Source: Candidatus Onthousia excrementipullorum (GTDB lineage Bacteria > Bacillota_I > Bacilli_A > RF39 > UBA660). From it: a stretch of DNA of 64,000 bases. The notes under the pieces are model-generated. The model did not search any database. It saw only the letters and a list, made by a program, of their open reading frames with translations, and was not told where the DNA came from. Position 1 is the first letter of the stretch. Each line of letters starts with the position of its first letter. Position numbers and translations under genes: made by a program. Below are positions 18,465 to 29,229 of the stretch, in pieces. The stretch is from the NCBI GenBank assembly GCA_018712385.1, contig DVHC01000062.1, positions 72,208 to 136,207 of the forward strand, given 5' to 3'.

Positions 18465-19790
18465 TTATTTCAGTATTTTTGTATGGCCTTGTTCTAATTT
18501 TATATTTGTCGCATTATGAAACTGGTTTGAGATTAAATCAAAAAATTTATCTTTATCATTGCTGACTAATGTATAAATTTCTTCAAATGTTTTATTAATA
18601 AATTCCTTTGGTGATAATTCATCTATTGGTTCTTCTTTAAATCCTTTTTGAATTTCTAATTTATTAATAAAATTCATTAATTCATTGATAACAGTTTGAA
18701 TAAATATATTGTCTATATCCTCATTTTCTTTAGCGGTTAATTGTTCTAGAATACTTTGAATTTCTAGACTTGAAATATTATCATCATTAATTTTTGCGAC
18801 TTGAAGTTCTTTTTTAGCAATTATAACTTTTTCTTGGTCTGGTATACCATCTTCTTTTGTTATGCTTTTCCATTTTATCGCTTCATATTTCAAATGTATA
18901 TTATCATCAGTAGTTAAAGCATCGTCATTATTAAAAGTCTTGTTTTTGGAAATTGTTAAGAAATGATGAATACCTTCATCAGTACTACCTGTAAACATGA
19001 TAGCAGATTTACATACATTTTTATTAAAATATTTAGTAAAATCCTTTTTATTTATATTATATGGTAGATAACTACGGAATTCTTTATTTATCTTTTCAAA
19101 ACAAACCCCATTAAATTGATGTAATTTATCTTTTATTTCTATGTTATTTATTCCATAAATAATAGTTCCAAATTCATTATAACAATATTTATCTTGTCTA
19201 TCATTATAGTTTATTAAATGCTGTAAGTCATAAGTGTAATCTTGTTCAAAAGTATTACTATCTTTTATTTGATAAATTTTTGTTAATAGCGATTGTTTTC
19301 CTTTTTTTCTTCCTTCTTTTATGTTTTTCTTATATCGTATAACAAATCTTGTATCTGCACTAATACCAAAACCAAAATAATTCTCTCTTTCTTTTTCAAA
19401 AGTTAATTCATAATCATCTTTTATAAATGTTAGTTGCGAAATTATTGGTATGGTTGAATTTGTATAATACAAGCTTTCTATTCTATAGTTAGGATTAGTA
19501 ATAATTACATTAATAAATTTGGTATTACCACTATAGTTTAAAAGTTTTGCATCTTCTGTATATTTTGATGTAACTGTTGTATTGTCTTTCTTATCTACTA
19601 CTTTTATAGATGGAATATTATAATCGATTGATTCAATATCATAGTCTTCTAACCTAGTAGTATCTATGGAAATATTAAAAAATTTTAAGACATCAACTAT
19701 TGTTGCTTTTCCATCGGTTCTTTCTCCAATATATCTTTTATAAGTCCTTTTTATCACTCTTTTTAAATATTCTTCTTTGTCATTATACAT
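18465..19790 (-). CDS. Hypothetical protein, no recognisable family
   Basis: 441-aa uninterrupted ORF with a GGGAGG RBS upstream of the ATG, a Lys/Asn/Asp/Ile-rich composition and no signal peptide or TM segment. Confidence 0.55.
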   Translation of the reverse strand: MYNDKEEYLKRVIKRTYKRYIGERTDGKATIVDVLKFFNISIDTTRLEDYDIESIDYNIPSIKVVDKKDNTTVTSKYTEDAKLLNYSGNTKFINVIITNPNYRIESLYYTNSTIPIISQLTFIKDDYELTFEKERENYFGFGISADTRFVIRYKKNIKEGRKKGKQSLLTKIYQIKDSNTFEQDYTYDLQHLINYNDRQDKYCYNEFGTIIYGINNIEIKDKLHQFNGVCFEKINKEFRSYLPYNINKKDFTKYFNKNVCKSAIMFTGSTDEGIHHFLTISKNKTFNNDDALTTDDNIHLKYEAIKWKSITKEDGIPDQEKVIIAKKELQVAKINDDNISSLEIQSILEQLTAKENEDIDNIFIQTVINELMNFINKLEIQKGFKEEPIDELSPKEFINKTFEEIYTLVSNDKDKFFDLISNQFHNATNIKLEQGHTKILK

Positions 19791-19882
19791 AATAAACCTC
19801 CCTTGCTATATATCTTACCATATTTTTTATTAGTTGTGGTTAGGATTAAGATATAAACATATAAAAAACTAATTAGTTCTAG

Positions 19883-20545
19883 TTAATCTATTTTCCAATC
19901 TATTGGTTTTAGACCTTTAGAGATTAGGAAGTTATTAGTCTTAGAGAATGGTTTACTACCAAAGAAGCCATTGTAAGCAGATAGAGGTGAAGGATGGGCT
20001 GACTCTACTATATAATGATTTTTATTAGTTATTAGTTTCTTTTTATTTCTTGCAAAAGAACCCCAAAGAATAAAGACTACTGGCTCTTCTTTTTTATCTA
20101 ATAATTCTATTATTTTATCAGTAAATATTTCCCAACCTTTATCTTTATGAGAGGCGGCCATATTCGCTTGTACTGTTAAAACGGCATTTAGAAGTAATAC
20201 TCCTTGGTCTGCCCAAGGAATTAGACTACTTGTTTTAGGAAAAGGTATTCCTAAGTCATCATTTAACTCCTTAAAGATATTTTGTAATGATGGTGGCTTT
20301 CTAATACCATTTTTAACAGAGAAAGATAGCCCTTCTGCTTGATGTTCTCCATGATATGGGTCTTGTCCTAGTATTACGACTTTAACATCTTTATATGGAG
20401 TATGTCTTAAGGCATTAAATATCTCATTTTTAGGTGGATAAATAGTCTTTTCTTTATATTCCTTATTAACAAAATCTATTAATTTCTTAAAATAGTCTTT
20501 ATTATATTCATCTTTTAAATAAATATCCCAATCATTTCCAATCAT
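19883..20545 (-). CDS. ung: Uracil-DNA glycosylase
   Basis: VVILGQDPYHG and HPSPLSA motifs. Start moved to MIGNDW (ATG at 20545), 8 nt after AGGAG. Confidence 0.9.
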   Translation of the reverse strand: MIGNDWDIYLKDEYNKDYFKKLIDFVNKEYKEKTIYPPKNEIFNALRHTPYKDVKVVILGQDPYHGEHQAEGLSFSVKNGIRKPPSLQNIFKELNDDLGIPFPKTSSLIPWADQGVLLLNAVLTVQANMAASHKDKGWEIFTDKIIELLDKKEEPVVFILWGSFARNKKKLITNKNHYIVESAHPSPLSAYNGFFGSKPFSKTNNFLISKGLKPIDWKID

Positions 20546-20556
20546 ACTTCTCACTC

Positions 20557-21012
20557 CTACTTATGATAGTTTTCATTATTTCTTATTTTATATGTTCTAT
20601 AAAGTTGTTCTAGTAATATAACTCTAAATAGTTGATGAGGAAAAGTTAATTTAGAAAAAGATATACTATAATTCGCTCTTTTCTTTACTTCTTCACTTAG
20701 GCCATAACTTCCTCCTATTATAAAGGTTATATTACTATTCATCGCTTCTAAGGAACATAATTTAGTAGTTAATTCTACTGATGATAACTCATGTCCATTT
20801 ATGTCAAGAATAATAACATTATCAGTTTCTTTTATGTGCTTTAAAATGAGTTTACCTTCCTCTTTTTTTACTTTATCTATTTCATTGTAACTACTATCAG
20901 GTAGTTCTACTATGTCTAATTTTGTATATTTAGATAGCCTCTTTTTATATTCATCTATCGCCTCATTTAAGTATTTTTCTTTTATTTTACCTACACATAT
21001 TAACTTTATCAT
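20557..21012 (-). CDS. rlmH: 23S rRNA (pseudouridine1915-N3)-methyltransferase (SPOUT)
   Basis: 151 aa; MIKLICVGKIKEKYLNEAIDEYKKRL...FIIGGSYGLS...SFSKLTFPHQL. Confidence 0.85.
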   Translation of the reverse strand: MIKLICVGKIKEKYLNEAIDEYKKRLSKYTKLDIVELPDSSYNEIDKVKKEEGKLILKHIKETDNVIILDINGHELSSVELTTKLCSLEAMNSNITFIIGGSYGLSEEVKKRANYSISFSKLTFPHQLFRVILLEQLYRTYKIRNNENYHK

Positions 21013-21772
21013 ACATTACCTCTATTTCTTCTAATGCCTCATTTTGTTTGGCTACTAATATTTTAATATCACTTCTATCTTGTAGAGCAACTCTAGTTGT
21101 TGTATAAGCAAGTTCTTCTTTATTGTTATGTTCACTTAAATGAGCGAGAATTATGTACTTAGTACTATCTCCTACTAATCTCTTTAAATATTTTGAAGTT
21201 GTCTCATTAGACAGATGCCCTTCATCACTAAGTATTCTTTGTTTTAAGTAATAAGGATAAGGTCCATCCATAAGCATTTTCTCATCATGATTACTTTCTA
21301 TATAATAAATATTTCTGTTAGTAAGTAATTTAAAATACTTACGATTTAAGTATCCCGTATCTGTTATATATACTAAGGAACTTCCATCATCTGTTATTAA
21401 GAAACCAACTGAGCCTTTGGCATCATGACTTGTCTTAAAGATGGTTAGTTCTGTACTATTTAAGTGCATAATACTATCATAAAGTTCTATTCTTTCTTTA
21501 TCTATATCTACTGTTAGTTCTTTTATAATATCTTTATTTGCATAAATCTTAAAGTTGGTGTGTTTTAAAAGAACTTTAAGACCACTTGTATGGTCATTAT
21601 GAGCATGGGTTAAAAGGAGGGCATCTATATCATCTAAGTTTAAGTTCATCTTCTCTAATTCTTTTTTTAACCTTTGATAGGTAATTCCTATATCAATAAG
21701 AAAGCGAGCAGATGCTGTTTCTATTAAGGAACAGTTTCCTTTAGATCCACTCGCTAGTACTTTTATTTTCAT
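20987..21772 (-). CDS. MBL-fold metallo-hydrolase (YycJ/WalJ-like)
   Basis: LASGSKGNCSLIE and THAHNDHTSG (HxHxDH) motifs. Confidence 0.8.
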   Translation of the reverse strand: MKIKVLASGSKGNCSLIETASARFLIDIGITYQRLKKELEKMNLNLDDIDALLLTHAHNDHTSGLKVLLKHTNFKIYANKDIIKELTVDIDKERIELYDSIMHLNSTELTIFKTSHDAKGSVGFLITDDGSSLVYITDTGYLNRKYFKLLTNRNIYYIESNHDEKMLMDGPYPYYLKQRILSDEGHLSNETTSKYLKRLVGDSTKYIILAHLSEHNNKEELAYTTTRVALQDRSDIKILVAKQNEALEEIEVMYDKVNMCR

Positions 21773-23289
21773 TAGAATAGACTCATCGGATTCATAGAAG
21801 ATGAACCACGGCTATATGGAAAGCCTCGCCATAAACCGAAGTGTAAGTGAACTCCTGTAGCTGCTCCTGTCCTACCCATCGCTCCAATAGTATCTCCTTG
21901 CGAAACTTCTTGTCCTACACTAACATAACGTTCAGCAAGATGAGCATACATTGTATAGTAACCATTGTTATGATTAATAACAATATATTCACCATTATCA
22001 TATTTATAAGATGATGCTACTACTATACCATTATTAGAGGCATAAATTGGTGAGCCGAAACCGGCACCTGCTATATCCATACCATCATGAAGAGTTCCCC
22101 AACGATAAGCATATGGACTACTTATATAGTATGGAGTTCTTGTAGGCCATAACCAGTATCCTTCTACTTTACTGTTACTACTTAATCCACTGTTTACTCC
22201 TCCGCTGCTTCCTCTTTGTTTAGTACCTTTAACTACAATTCTCTTAACAGGCTCTTTTAAAACTTGAGTAGCATTATTATCAATAACAGCACTTTCTACT
22301 TGTCCATTAACCTTTTCTACTTTTGATGTTACTAATTGAGATCCATTTACTCCTTCTTGAATTGTTTCTTCATAGGTAGAATACTGGGTATTATCATATC
22401 TTGTCTCTGTTTCATAAGGTATATCCTGAGTTGTAACTTGGTGATCTATTTCTACTAATCTAAATTGTGGTTTAATAATACTTATTGTAACATTTTGTCC
22501 TTCATATAGAAGGTTATTAGCATCTGTAAACTCTGGATTAGCGATTAAGAACTCTTCATTAGATAGTTTGTTATTGAAGGCGACATCACTGATTGTATCT
22601 CCTGCTTGAACGGTATATTTTTGTTGTTCATCTAGAGTTCCAAATAGTAAGTATTTACTTAAATCATCAACATTTTCATAAATAGTTTCATCTGATGGAA
22701 TATTTGTTTCTTTTATAGTTACTTTGTTTTCTATATAAATATTTTCTATAACTGTTCCTGTTTTGCCACTTTCAATTTCTTTTTGGTCATTATTTAGATA
22801 TTTATCATAACTATCACTATCTACAAATGACCTTATCGTATTATCCATTGCTTCTTCAAAAACTTTTTTATCTAAAACATAGATAGTTTGGTCTTTTCCT
22901 TTTATTGTTTCTCCTTCTTCATTAGTACTATCAAGACCTTCTATTGTTATAGCATATCCTTTAATAGTAAATGGCTCGATGTCCTTAATTTTATTGTATA
23001 TTTCTTCTGTTGTAGATATGTTTTCATTATAGGTTACATCTTTTACTACTTCTAAGTCTTCTGGAGCATAGACTTTGTCAGCTTTGTATTTATCTTTTAA
23101 AGTCTGTTGTTCTTTATCTATATAATCGTCTAGTGAGTCTTTATCATCTATTAATCCTACTGATTTACCGGCTAGATAAACACGATAAACGTTTTTAGGG
23201 GTTAATGTTTCTTCTTTGGGAGTTATAAATATTATAATGAGACTTACCATTAAGGCAACTATGATTGTAATTATAGTTTTTATATTCAT
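21772..23289 (-). CDS. M23 peptidase with LysM and G5-like domains, N-terminal membrane anchor
   Basis: LysM (YTVQAGDTISDVAFNN); G5-like (YEETIQEGVNGSQLVTSKVEKVNG...VVKGTK); M23 (HDGMDIAG...YAHL...GVHLHFGLW). Confidence 0.75.
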   Translation of the reverse strand: MNIKTIITIIVALMVSLIIIFITPKEETLTPKNVYRVYLAGKSVGLIDDKDSLDDYIDKEQQTLKDKYKADKVYAPEDLEVVKDVTYNENISTTEEIYNKIKDIEPFTIKGYAITIEGLDSTNEEGETIKGKDQTIYVLDKKVFEEAMDNTIRSFVDSDSYDKYLNNDQKEIESGKTGTVIENIYIENKVTIKETNIPSDETIYENVDDLSKYLLFGTLDEQQKYTVQAGDTISDVAFNNKLSNEEFLIANPEFTDANNLLYEGQNVTISIIKPQFRLVEIDHQVTTQDIPYETETRYDNTQYSTYEETIQEGVNGSQLVTSKVEKVNGQVESAVIDNNATQVLKEPVKRIVVKGTKQRGSSGGVNSGLSSNSKVEGYWLWPTRTPYYISSPYAYRWGTLHDGMDIAGAGFGSPIYASNNGIVVASSYKYDNGEYIVINHNNGYYTMYAHLAERYVSVGQEVSQGDTIGAMGRTGAATGVHLHFGLWRGFPYSRGSSSMNPMSLF

Positions 23290-23290
23290 C

Positions 23291-24637
23291 TTATTCCTCC
23301 TCTATTTCGTTTTTGCTCATATTTAAGAATGTAGATGTATCTTTTTTAAATAGTAACTGAATGGTAGCTTGAGGTCCGGCACGATGCTTAGCGATTATAA
23401 ATTCACTGATACTTGTAGCATCGTTTTTAGCTTCTTTATTGTAATAATCATCACGATAAAGGAAACCTACAAGGTCGGCATCCTGCTCTATTGAACCTGA
23501 CTCCCTTAAGTCTGATAGCATTGGTCTTTTATCTTCTCTTCCTTCAACACTACGAGAAAGTTGGGCTAGGGCAATTACGGGAATATGTAACTCCATCGCA
23601 AGAGTTTTTAGACTTCTTGAGATATCTGCTACTTCTTGTTGACGATTGGCTCCATAGTTTTTACCACCTGATATTAATTGAAGGTAGTCGATTATTACAA
23701 GGTCAAGGCCATCTGGAGATGATGCTAAACGACGACATTTCGCACGTATTTCTCCAATTGTTATACCTGGAGTATCATCTATATATAGTTTAGAATTATC
23801 TAATCTACTAACTGCCTGGTCAAATCTCTTCCAGTCATTATTTAACATTTTACCAGTTCTAAGTTTGTATCCTTCTATTTGTCCAAGAGATGAGATAATA
23901 CGATTGGCAAGTTGTTCTGCTCCCATTTCAAGGTTGAATACAGCGACTGTTTTATCTGTGTGTGTTGTTACATAAGTTGCAAGATTAAGGGCAAAGGCAG
24001 TTTTACCCATACCAGGACGAGCGGCAAGGATTATAAGTTCATTTTCATGAAGTCCTGCTGTTACTTTATCAATATCATACCATCCTGTAGGGATACCTGT
24101 TATTTCTCCTTTCGCTTCGGCAAGCTTTTGTAAGTCTTCTTCAGTCTTTTTTAAGACTTCACCTATAGATTTAAACTCACTAGCTTTTCTATTCTTAGCG
24201 ATAGTTAAGATTTTACGTTCGGCACTATCTAAGATATCACCTATACTTTCTTCACTATTATATCCCATGGTAGCGATAGATTCTGCTGTTTCAATTAATC
24301 TTCTAAGAAGAGAAGCATTATCTACTTCTTTTATATAGTATTCTACATTAGTAGCGGTTGGAACAAAGGTTGTTATTTCTGTTAAATACGCAACTCCTCC
24401 TACATCATTTAAATAGTTTAGTTTAGTTAATTCTGTTGTTAAAGTAGTTAAGTCAACAGGTGTTTTTTCTTCAACTAATTTTTTTAATGCTGTAAATATT
24501 TTAGCATGTCTAGCATCATAAAAGTCAGTCTCATCTAAGGCTTCTATAGCCATTAATAAAGCATTATTTGAAAGAAAACAAGAACCTAAGACACTTTTTT
24601 CTGCTTCTAAATTGTGAGGGCTTGGTCTTACAGCCAT
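23291..24637 (-). CDS. dnaB: Replicative DNA helicase (DnaB family; DnaC in B. subtilis nomenclature)
   Basis: PHNLEAEKSVLGS, Walker A ARPGMGKTAF, IDYLQLI and RESGSIEQDAD motifs. Confidence 0.95.
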   Translation of the reverse strand: MAVRPSPHNLEAEKSVLGSCFLSNNALLMAIEALDETDFYDARHAKIFTALKKLVEEKTPVDLTTLTTELTKLNYLNDVGGVAYLTEITTFVPTATNVEYYIKEVDNASLLRRLIETAESIATMGYNSEESIGDILDSAERKILTIAKNRKASEFKSIGEVLKKTEEDLQKLAEAKGEITGIPTGWYDIDKVTAGLHENELIILAARPGMGKTAFALNLATYVTTHTDKTVAVFNLEMGAEQLANRIISSLGQIEGYKLRTGKMLNNDWKRFDQAVSRLDNSKLYIDDTPGITIGEIRAKCRRLASSPDGLDLVIIDYLQLISGGKNYGANRQQEVADISRSLKTLAMELHIPVIALAQLSRSVEGREDKRPMLSDLRESGSIEQDADLVGFLYRDDYYNKEAKNDATSISEFIIAKHRAGPQATIQLLFKKDTSTFLNMSKNEIEEE

Positions 24638-24645
24638 ATTATCAC

Positions 24646-25086
24646 CTACTTAACTAAATGTATTTTTACTTTGGCAGTTATGTTTTTATATAGCTCTACT
24701 TCGATATTATGAAAACCTAAAGATGAAGGAGAACTTGTTAGTTTAATCATACTTTTATCAAAGTCATAACCTTTTTCTTTTAGGGCTTCTTTTATTTGTT
24801 TAACACTAATACTTCCAAAGACTTTATCATTATCTCCTGTTTTAACTTTAAAAGTTAAAGTTACTTTCTCTAATTTTTCTTTTAAACTTATTGCTTCTTT
24901 CTTAGCTTTTTCCTCTTCTTCTTTTTTAGCTTTGTTTTCATCAGCTAGTTTCTCTAAAGAGGTTTTAGTAGACTTAATCGCATAGCCTTTTTTTATTAAG
25001 AAGTTTTCAGCATATCCATCTTTTACTTCTTTTATTTCTCCCTTTTTACCTTGTCCTTTTAAATCTTTTATAAAGATTACTTCCAT
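24646..25086 (-). CDS. rplI: 50S ribosomal protein L9
   Basis: [36 protein letters not shown] is a typical L9 N-domain. Confidence 0.9.
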   Translation of the reverse strand: MEVIFIKDLKGQGKKGEIKEVKDGYAENFLIKKGYAIKSTKTSLEKLADENKAKKEEEEKAKKEAISLKEKLEKVTLTFKVKTGDNDKVFGSISVKQIKEALKEKGYDFDKSMIKLTSSPSSLGFHNIEVELYKNITAKVKIHLVK

Positions 25087-25087
25087 G

Positions 25088-26080
25088 CTATTCCTCCTCT
25101 TTTTTTAAGATTTGTTTTAGTTTAGTCTCTACTTTACTAATAGTACTATCACTTATTCGTGTTGCCCCTACGGTCTTGTTTCCGCCACCACCTAATGGGG
25201 TAAGTATTTTAGAAATGTCATAGTTACCTAGACTTCTACCACTAATAGAGATGGTTTTAGAAGTAGTTTTGGCAATAACAAATGATGCTTCTATATCGTT
25301 AAAGAATAGAAGGGTATCGGCTATTTTAGCGATATCTTCTCTTCGATATACCATGTAAGGACTACCTTTAGCGATAGCGATTCTATTATTTATAATATCG
25401 ACATTAGTAATTACTTTTTGTCTTTCAATGTACTCTTTTAAATCTTGTTTTAATAGATACTGAACTTTCTTAGTACTGGCACCCATACTTGATAAGTAAT
25501 AGGCAGCATAGTAAGTCTCAGAATTTGTTTTTAATGTAAAGTTATTAGTATCTAAGACAATTCCTGATAATAAAAGAGTTGCATAATAAGGGTCAAGTTC
25601 CATTTTATAGGCTTCTATTAGATTAGTAATCATTTCACAAGTACTAGAAATATCATTATCTATTATCATAAGTCCAGCATCAATTGATGTTTCTCCTAGT
25701 TCATGATGGTCTAATATTACTATATTTTCTTTATCAAAATAATTAATAGCATCTCTTGCTTGGACCAATTCTTCTTTATTTGTATCTAATATTACTAATA
25801 GATTTTTCTTACTTCTTATATAAAGATTATCTTCTATTTCACTATCTTTAATTATATTTAGGCATCCTTCTAGTTCTTTAAATACTTTAGAGACACCAGA
25901 TTCATGCTTTGTATCATTAATAATTAGAAAACAATTTTTATTTAGTTTTTCTAAGATAATGTAAAGACCTATAGAACTTCCTAGGGCATCTAAATCTAAA
26001 TCTTTATGAGCCATAATAAAAACTGTTTTTGCAGATTTTAATTTTTGCTTTAGTTCTTTTTTTCTTTCTATTAATTTCAT
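25088..26080 (-). CDS. DHH/DHHA1 phosphoesterase occupying the GdpP/YybT position but lacking the TM/PAS/GGDEF part
   Basis: [14 protein letters not shown] (LDHHE) and [10 protein letters not shown] (GGGH-like) motifs. It is adjacent to rplI, as gdpP is in Bacilli. Confidence 0.7.
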   Translation of the reverse strand: MKLIERKKELKQKLKSAKTVFIMAHKDLDLDALGSSIGLYIILEKLNKNCFLIINDTKHESGVSKVFKELEGCLNIIKDSEIEDNLYIRSKKNLLVILDTNKEELVQARDAINYFDKENIVILDHHELGETSIDAGLMIIDNDISSTCEMITNLIEAYKMELDPYYATLLLSGIVLDTNNFTLKTNSETYYAAYYLSSMGASTKKVQYLLKQDLKEYIERQKVITNVDIINNRIAIAKGSPYMVYRREDIAKIADTLLFFNDIEASFVIAKTTSKTISISGRSLGNYDISKILTPLGGGGNKTVGATRISDSTISKVETKLKQILKKEEE

Positions 26081-26145
26081 TAGATCCTCCTTTTATCCCT
26101 TGTTAATATTATATACCATTTTAAGGTAGAAGTAAAACTTGTAAT

Positions 26146-26174
26146 GAAAAAAGTAAATAGATGTTTCTATTTAC
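26146..26174 (-). terminator. Intrinsic terminator after rpsR
   Basis: Minus strand reads GTAAATAG-AAACAT-CTATTTAC followed by TTTTTTC. The stem overlaps the rpsR stop codon. Confidence 0.6.
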
Positions 26175-26407
26175 TTAGTAAATGGTAATAGACCAATAGC
26201 TCTTGCTCTTTTAATTTCTCTTGCTATATGTCTTTGATGACGAGCACAAGTTCCTGTTACACGACGAGGAACAATTTTACCTCTATCATTAATAAATCTT
26301 CTTAATGTATCAACATCTTTATAGTTAACGTCTTTTCCAGCACACATTATACATACTTTCTTTTTACGACGTCCAAATTCTTTATGTTCTTTAAAGTCTT
26401 TAGCCAT
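26171..26407 (-). CDS. rpsR: 30S ribosomal protein S18
   Basis: [41 protein letters not shown]. Confidence 0.95.
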   Translation of the reverse strand: MAKDFKEHKEFGRRKKKVCIMCAGKDVNYKDVDTLRRFINDRGKIVPRRVTGTCARHQRHIAREIKRARAIGLLPFTK

Positions 26408-26426
26408 AGACTATTCCTCCCTTCTT

Positions 26427-26942
26427 TTAAAATGGTAATTCACTATCATCTATTTCAATACTTGCTCCAAAGTCTTTATATGGGTCATTTGAAATATCTG
26501 TTCCATTATTTGATGATGGTGTATCAGTAAAGTCATATGGAGTAGGTTCTGATGGAGTAGATGGAGCGGATGTCACTCCACTGTTATAGTTGTTAGTATT
26601 AGTTCCTTGAGAGCCATTATTATCTCTTCTTGAACCAATAAATTCAACACTATCAGCGATTACTTCTGTAACGTAACGACGTTGTCCATTTTGGTCATCG
26701 TAATTACGTACTTGAATACGTCCTTCTACTGCTACTTGACTACCTTGTGATAGATAGTTTTTAACGCTTTCAGCTTGTCTACGCCATACTACAACTGGTA
26801 TAAAATCTGCTTCACGCTCTCCTGCTTGGTTAGTATAAGTTCTATTAACAGCGATAGTAAAACTTGCTACTGCTGTATTATTACCTGTATAACGAAGTTC
26901 AGGGTCACGAGTTAAGCGACCTATTAAAAATACTTTATTCAT
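26427..26942 (-). CDS. ssb: Single-stranded DNA-binding protein
   Basis: [21 protein letters not shown]-fold, low-complexity linker and acidic tip IDDSELPF. Confidence 0.9.
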   Translation of the reverse strand: MNKVFLIGRLTRDPELRYTGNNTAVASFTIAVNRTYTNQAGEREADFIPVVVWRRQAESVKNYLSQGSQVAVEGRIQVRNYDDQNGQRRYVTEVIADSVEFIGSRRDNNGSQGTNTNNYNSGVTSAPSTPSEPTPYDFTDTPSSNNGTDISNDPYKDFGASIEIDDSELPF

Positions 26943-26956
26943 AAATACCTCTTTTC

Positions 26957-27244
26957 TTAATCGTCTAATTTAATAACTAAATGACGTAAAATGTTTTCAT
27001 TTAGACGAGCTAGACGATCAAATTCAGAAATAGCTTCATGAGTTGCTTCAACAACATATAAGAAATAATAACCATTTTTATATTTGTTCATTTCATATGC
27101 TAATTCTTTTTGTCCCATTGCTTTTTCTTCATTAATCTTGCATTTTCTATCAGTTAAAACTTTCTTTAGATTTTCTGCTTCTTTTTTTATAGCAGCCTCA
27201 TCTAAATCTGGTTTAACGATAAACATGATTTCATAATTTGTCAT
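26957..27244 (-). CDS. rpsF: 30S ribosomal protein S6
   Basis: [13 protein letters not shown]...GYYFLY... is typical S6, in the rpsF-ssb-rpsR order. Confidence 0.9.
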   Translation of the reverse strand: MTNYEIMFIVKPDLDEAAIKKEAENLKKVLTDRKCKINEEKAMGQKELAYEMNKYKNGYYFLYVVEATHEAISEFDRLARLNENILRHLVIKLDD

Positions 27245-27415
27245 TAAACGTACACCTCCTTCTGGACATAAGACCTATTTCTAGGTAAGGAGTAATTAAA
27301 TACTCGCTAGTATTATAGCAAAAGAAAAAAGAAAAGTCTATCTTTTTCTTTAGTTTTTTGTAATTAATTATGAGACTTAATGTTAAGTCTTTTAGTATTT
27401 ATAAATTTATAGCAC

Positions 27416-28045
27416 TTATTTATTTTTCTTTGTATAACTAGTACCTTGAAATTCTTCAACTCTTCTAATAGTGTCTTTATCCATTCTATCAACTTCTGTT
27501 AAGGTTATACATTTCATTACATCATCATAATATATCTTATCATTTACTTGATTTTTATTAAGTTCTCTTTCTTCTTTTAAAGCTTCCAAACTATTAATAC
27601 TTTCTTTTAAAGCTTGTATTTCTATTTTCTCTAATGGCTCTGTTAAACATCTTCTTAAAGTAGCTTTCAATTCAATCTCCCGTTGTTTTACTAGTAGTAT
27701 TGGATTACATGATAATGAATAATCTTTTAATAAACTTATAATTTGGGCATAACCATTTAATAAGTAATCTATATAATTAACAAGAGGTGTGGGCATATAT
27801 TCATCATATTCTATCACATATGTTTCAAAATAATCTTTAGGTTCTTCAATTTTTCTTGAATGATAATTTTTAAAATAAATACCTTTTGGCATGTTAAAAT
27901 CTAATTCTGATTCATATTGATATCTATGATGAATGATATTACTACAGTTATTAATTATTTTTTCTCTTAACTCTATTAAATTTTCTTCATTGATTTCTAC
28001 TTCGTATTTTATTAATTCATCATCTGTTTCTTCTATATAATACAT
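27416..28045 (-). CDS. Hypothetical protein, no recognisable family
   Basis: 209-aa ORF with a GGGGGA RBS-like tract upstream. Acidic, with a predicted helical C-terminus. Confidence 0.5.
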   Translation of the reverse strand: MYYIEETDDELIKYEVEINEENLIELREKIINNCSNIIHHRYQYESELDFNMPKGIYFKNYHSRKIEEPKDYFETYVIEYDEYMPTPLVNYIDYLLNGYAQIISLLKDYSLSCNPILLVKQREIELKATLRRCLTEPLEKIEIQALKESINSLEALKEERELNKNQVNDKIYYDDVMKCITLTEVDRMDKDTIRRVEEFQGTSYTKKNK

Positions 28046-28056
28046 AAATAATCCCC

Positions 28057-29154
28057 CTATACATTAAATCTAAAATGACAGATATCTCCATCTTGCATTA
28101 AATAGTCTTTTCCTTCAAGTCTTGCTTTACCTGCTTCTCTTGCTTTTAATTCACTACCACACTCTATTAAATCTTCATAGGAGATAACTTCTGCTTTAAT
28201 AAAGCCTTTTTCAAAATCTGTATGGATGATACCAGCACAGCTTTTAGCATTCATGCCTTTTTTGAAAGTCCATGCTCTTACTTCATCAGGTCCTACGGTA
28301 AAATATGTGGCAAGTCCTAATAAGTCATAGGTTGCAGCGATTAGAGAGTCTAATCCACTTTTTTCTAGTCCTAGTGCTTCTAACATTTCTTTAGCATCCT
28401 CATCTTCTAGTTCACTTAACTCTTCTTCTACTTTAGCACATATTTCTATTACTTTAGCATTTTCTTTGCTAGCATATTCTTTAACTTTTTTAACATAGTC
28501 ATTATCTGTACCTAAATCACTTTCATTAACATTGGCAAGATAAATCAAAGGTTTTTCGGTTAGAAGATTAAAGCTTTTGATAATAGATTTCTCTTCTTTT
28601 GTTAAGTCAATTAGTCTTATTGGGGTATTTTCTTCTAGAGCTTTTCTTAATTTTTCTAGAGTTTCATACTCTAAAAGTTCATCTTTATCTTTACTCATTC
28701 TAGCTTTTTTACTAATTCTACCTATTCTATTAGTTACTGTTTCTAAGTCTGCTAGCACTAATTCTAGATTAATTGTTTCAATATCTCTTATAGGGTCTAC
28801 ATTACCATCGACATGGATTATATTACCATTATCAAAACATCTTACTACTTCGCAGATGGCATCTACTTCTCTTATATGTGATAAGAATTTATTACCTAGA
28901 CCTTCTCCTTTACTTGCTCCTTTAACAAGTCCTGCTATATCAATGAACTCATAACTTGTATAGATTGTTCTTTTAGGATTATACATACTTGATAATTTAT
29001 CAATTCTTTCATCTTTAACATTTACTATTCCAACATTAGGGTCAATAGTTGCGAATGGATAGTTTTCTGCTAAGATGTGGGTTTTTGTTAGGGCATTAAA
29101 CAATGTACTTTTACCTACATTTGGTAGTCCTATAATTCCTGCTTTTAAACTCAT
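28057..29154 (-). CDS. ychF: Ribosome-binding ATPase YchF (Obg-family GTPase fold)
   Basis: [19 protein letters not shown]-loop, [10 protein letters not shown] and a C-terminal TGS-like domain. Start moved to MSLKAG (29154). Confidence 0.95.
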   Translation of the reverse strand: MSLKAGIIGLPNVGKSTLFNALTKTHILAENYPFATIDPNVGIVNVKDERIDKLSSMYNPKRTIYTSYEFIDIAGLVKGASKGEGLGNKFLSHIREVDAICEVVRCFDNGNIIHVDGNVDPIRDIETINLELVLADLETVTNRIGRISKKARMSKDKDELLEYETLEKLRKALEENTPIRLIDLTKEEKSIIKSFNLLTEKPLIYLANVNESDLGTDNDYVKKVKEYASKENAKVIEICAKVEEELSELEDEDAKEMLEALGLEKSGLDSLIAATYDLLGLATYFTVGPDEVRAWTFKKGMNAKSCAGIIHTDFEKGFIKAEVISYEDLIECGSELKAREAGKARLEGKDYLMQDGDICHFRFNV

Positions 29155-29229
29155 AATATTACCTCTTTTCTTCTTCATATTATAGCATTGTTCTATACAA
29201 TTTAAAAGAAAAAAAATACCTTGCGGTAT

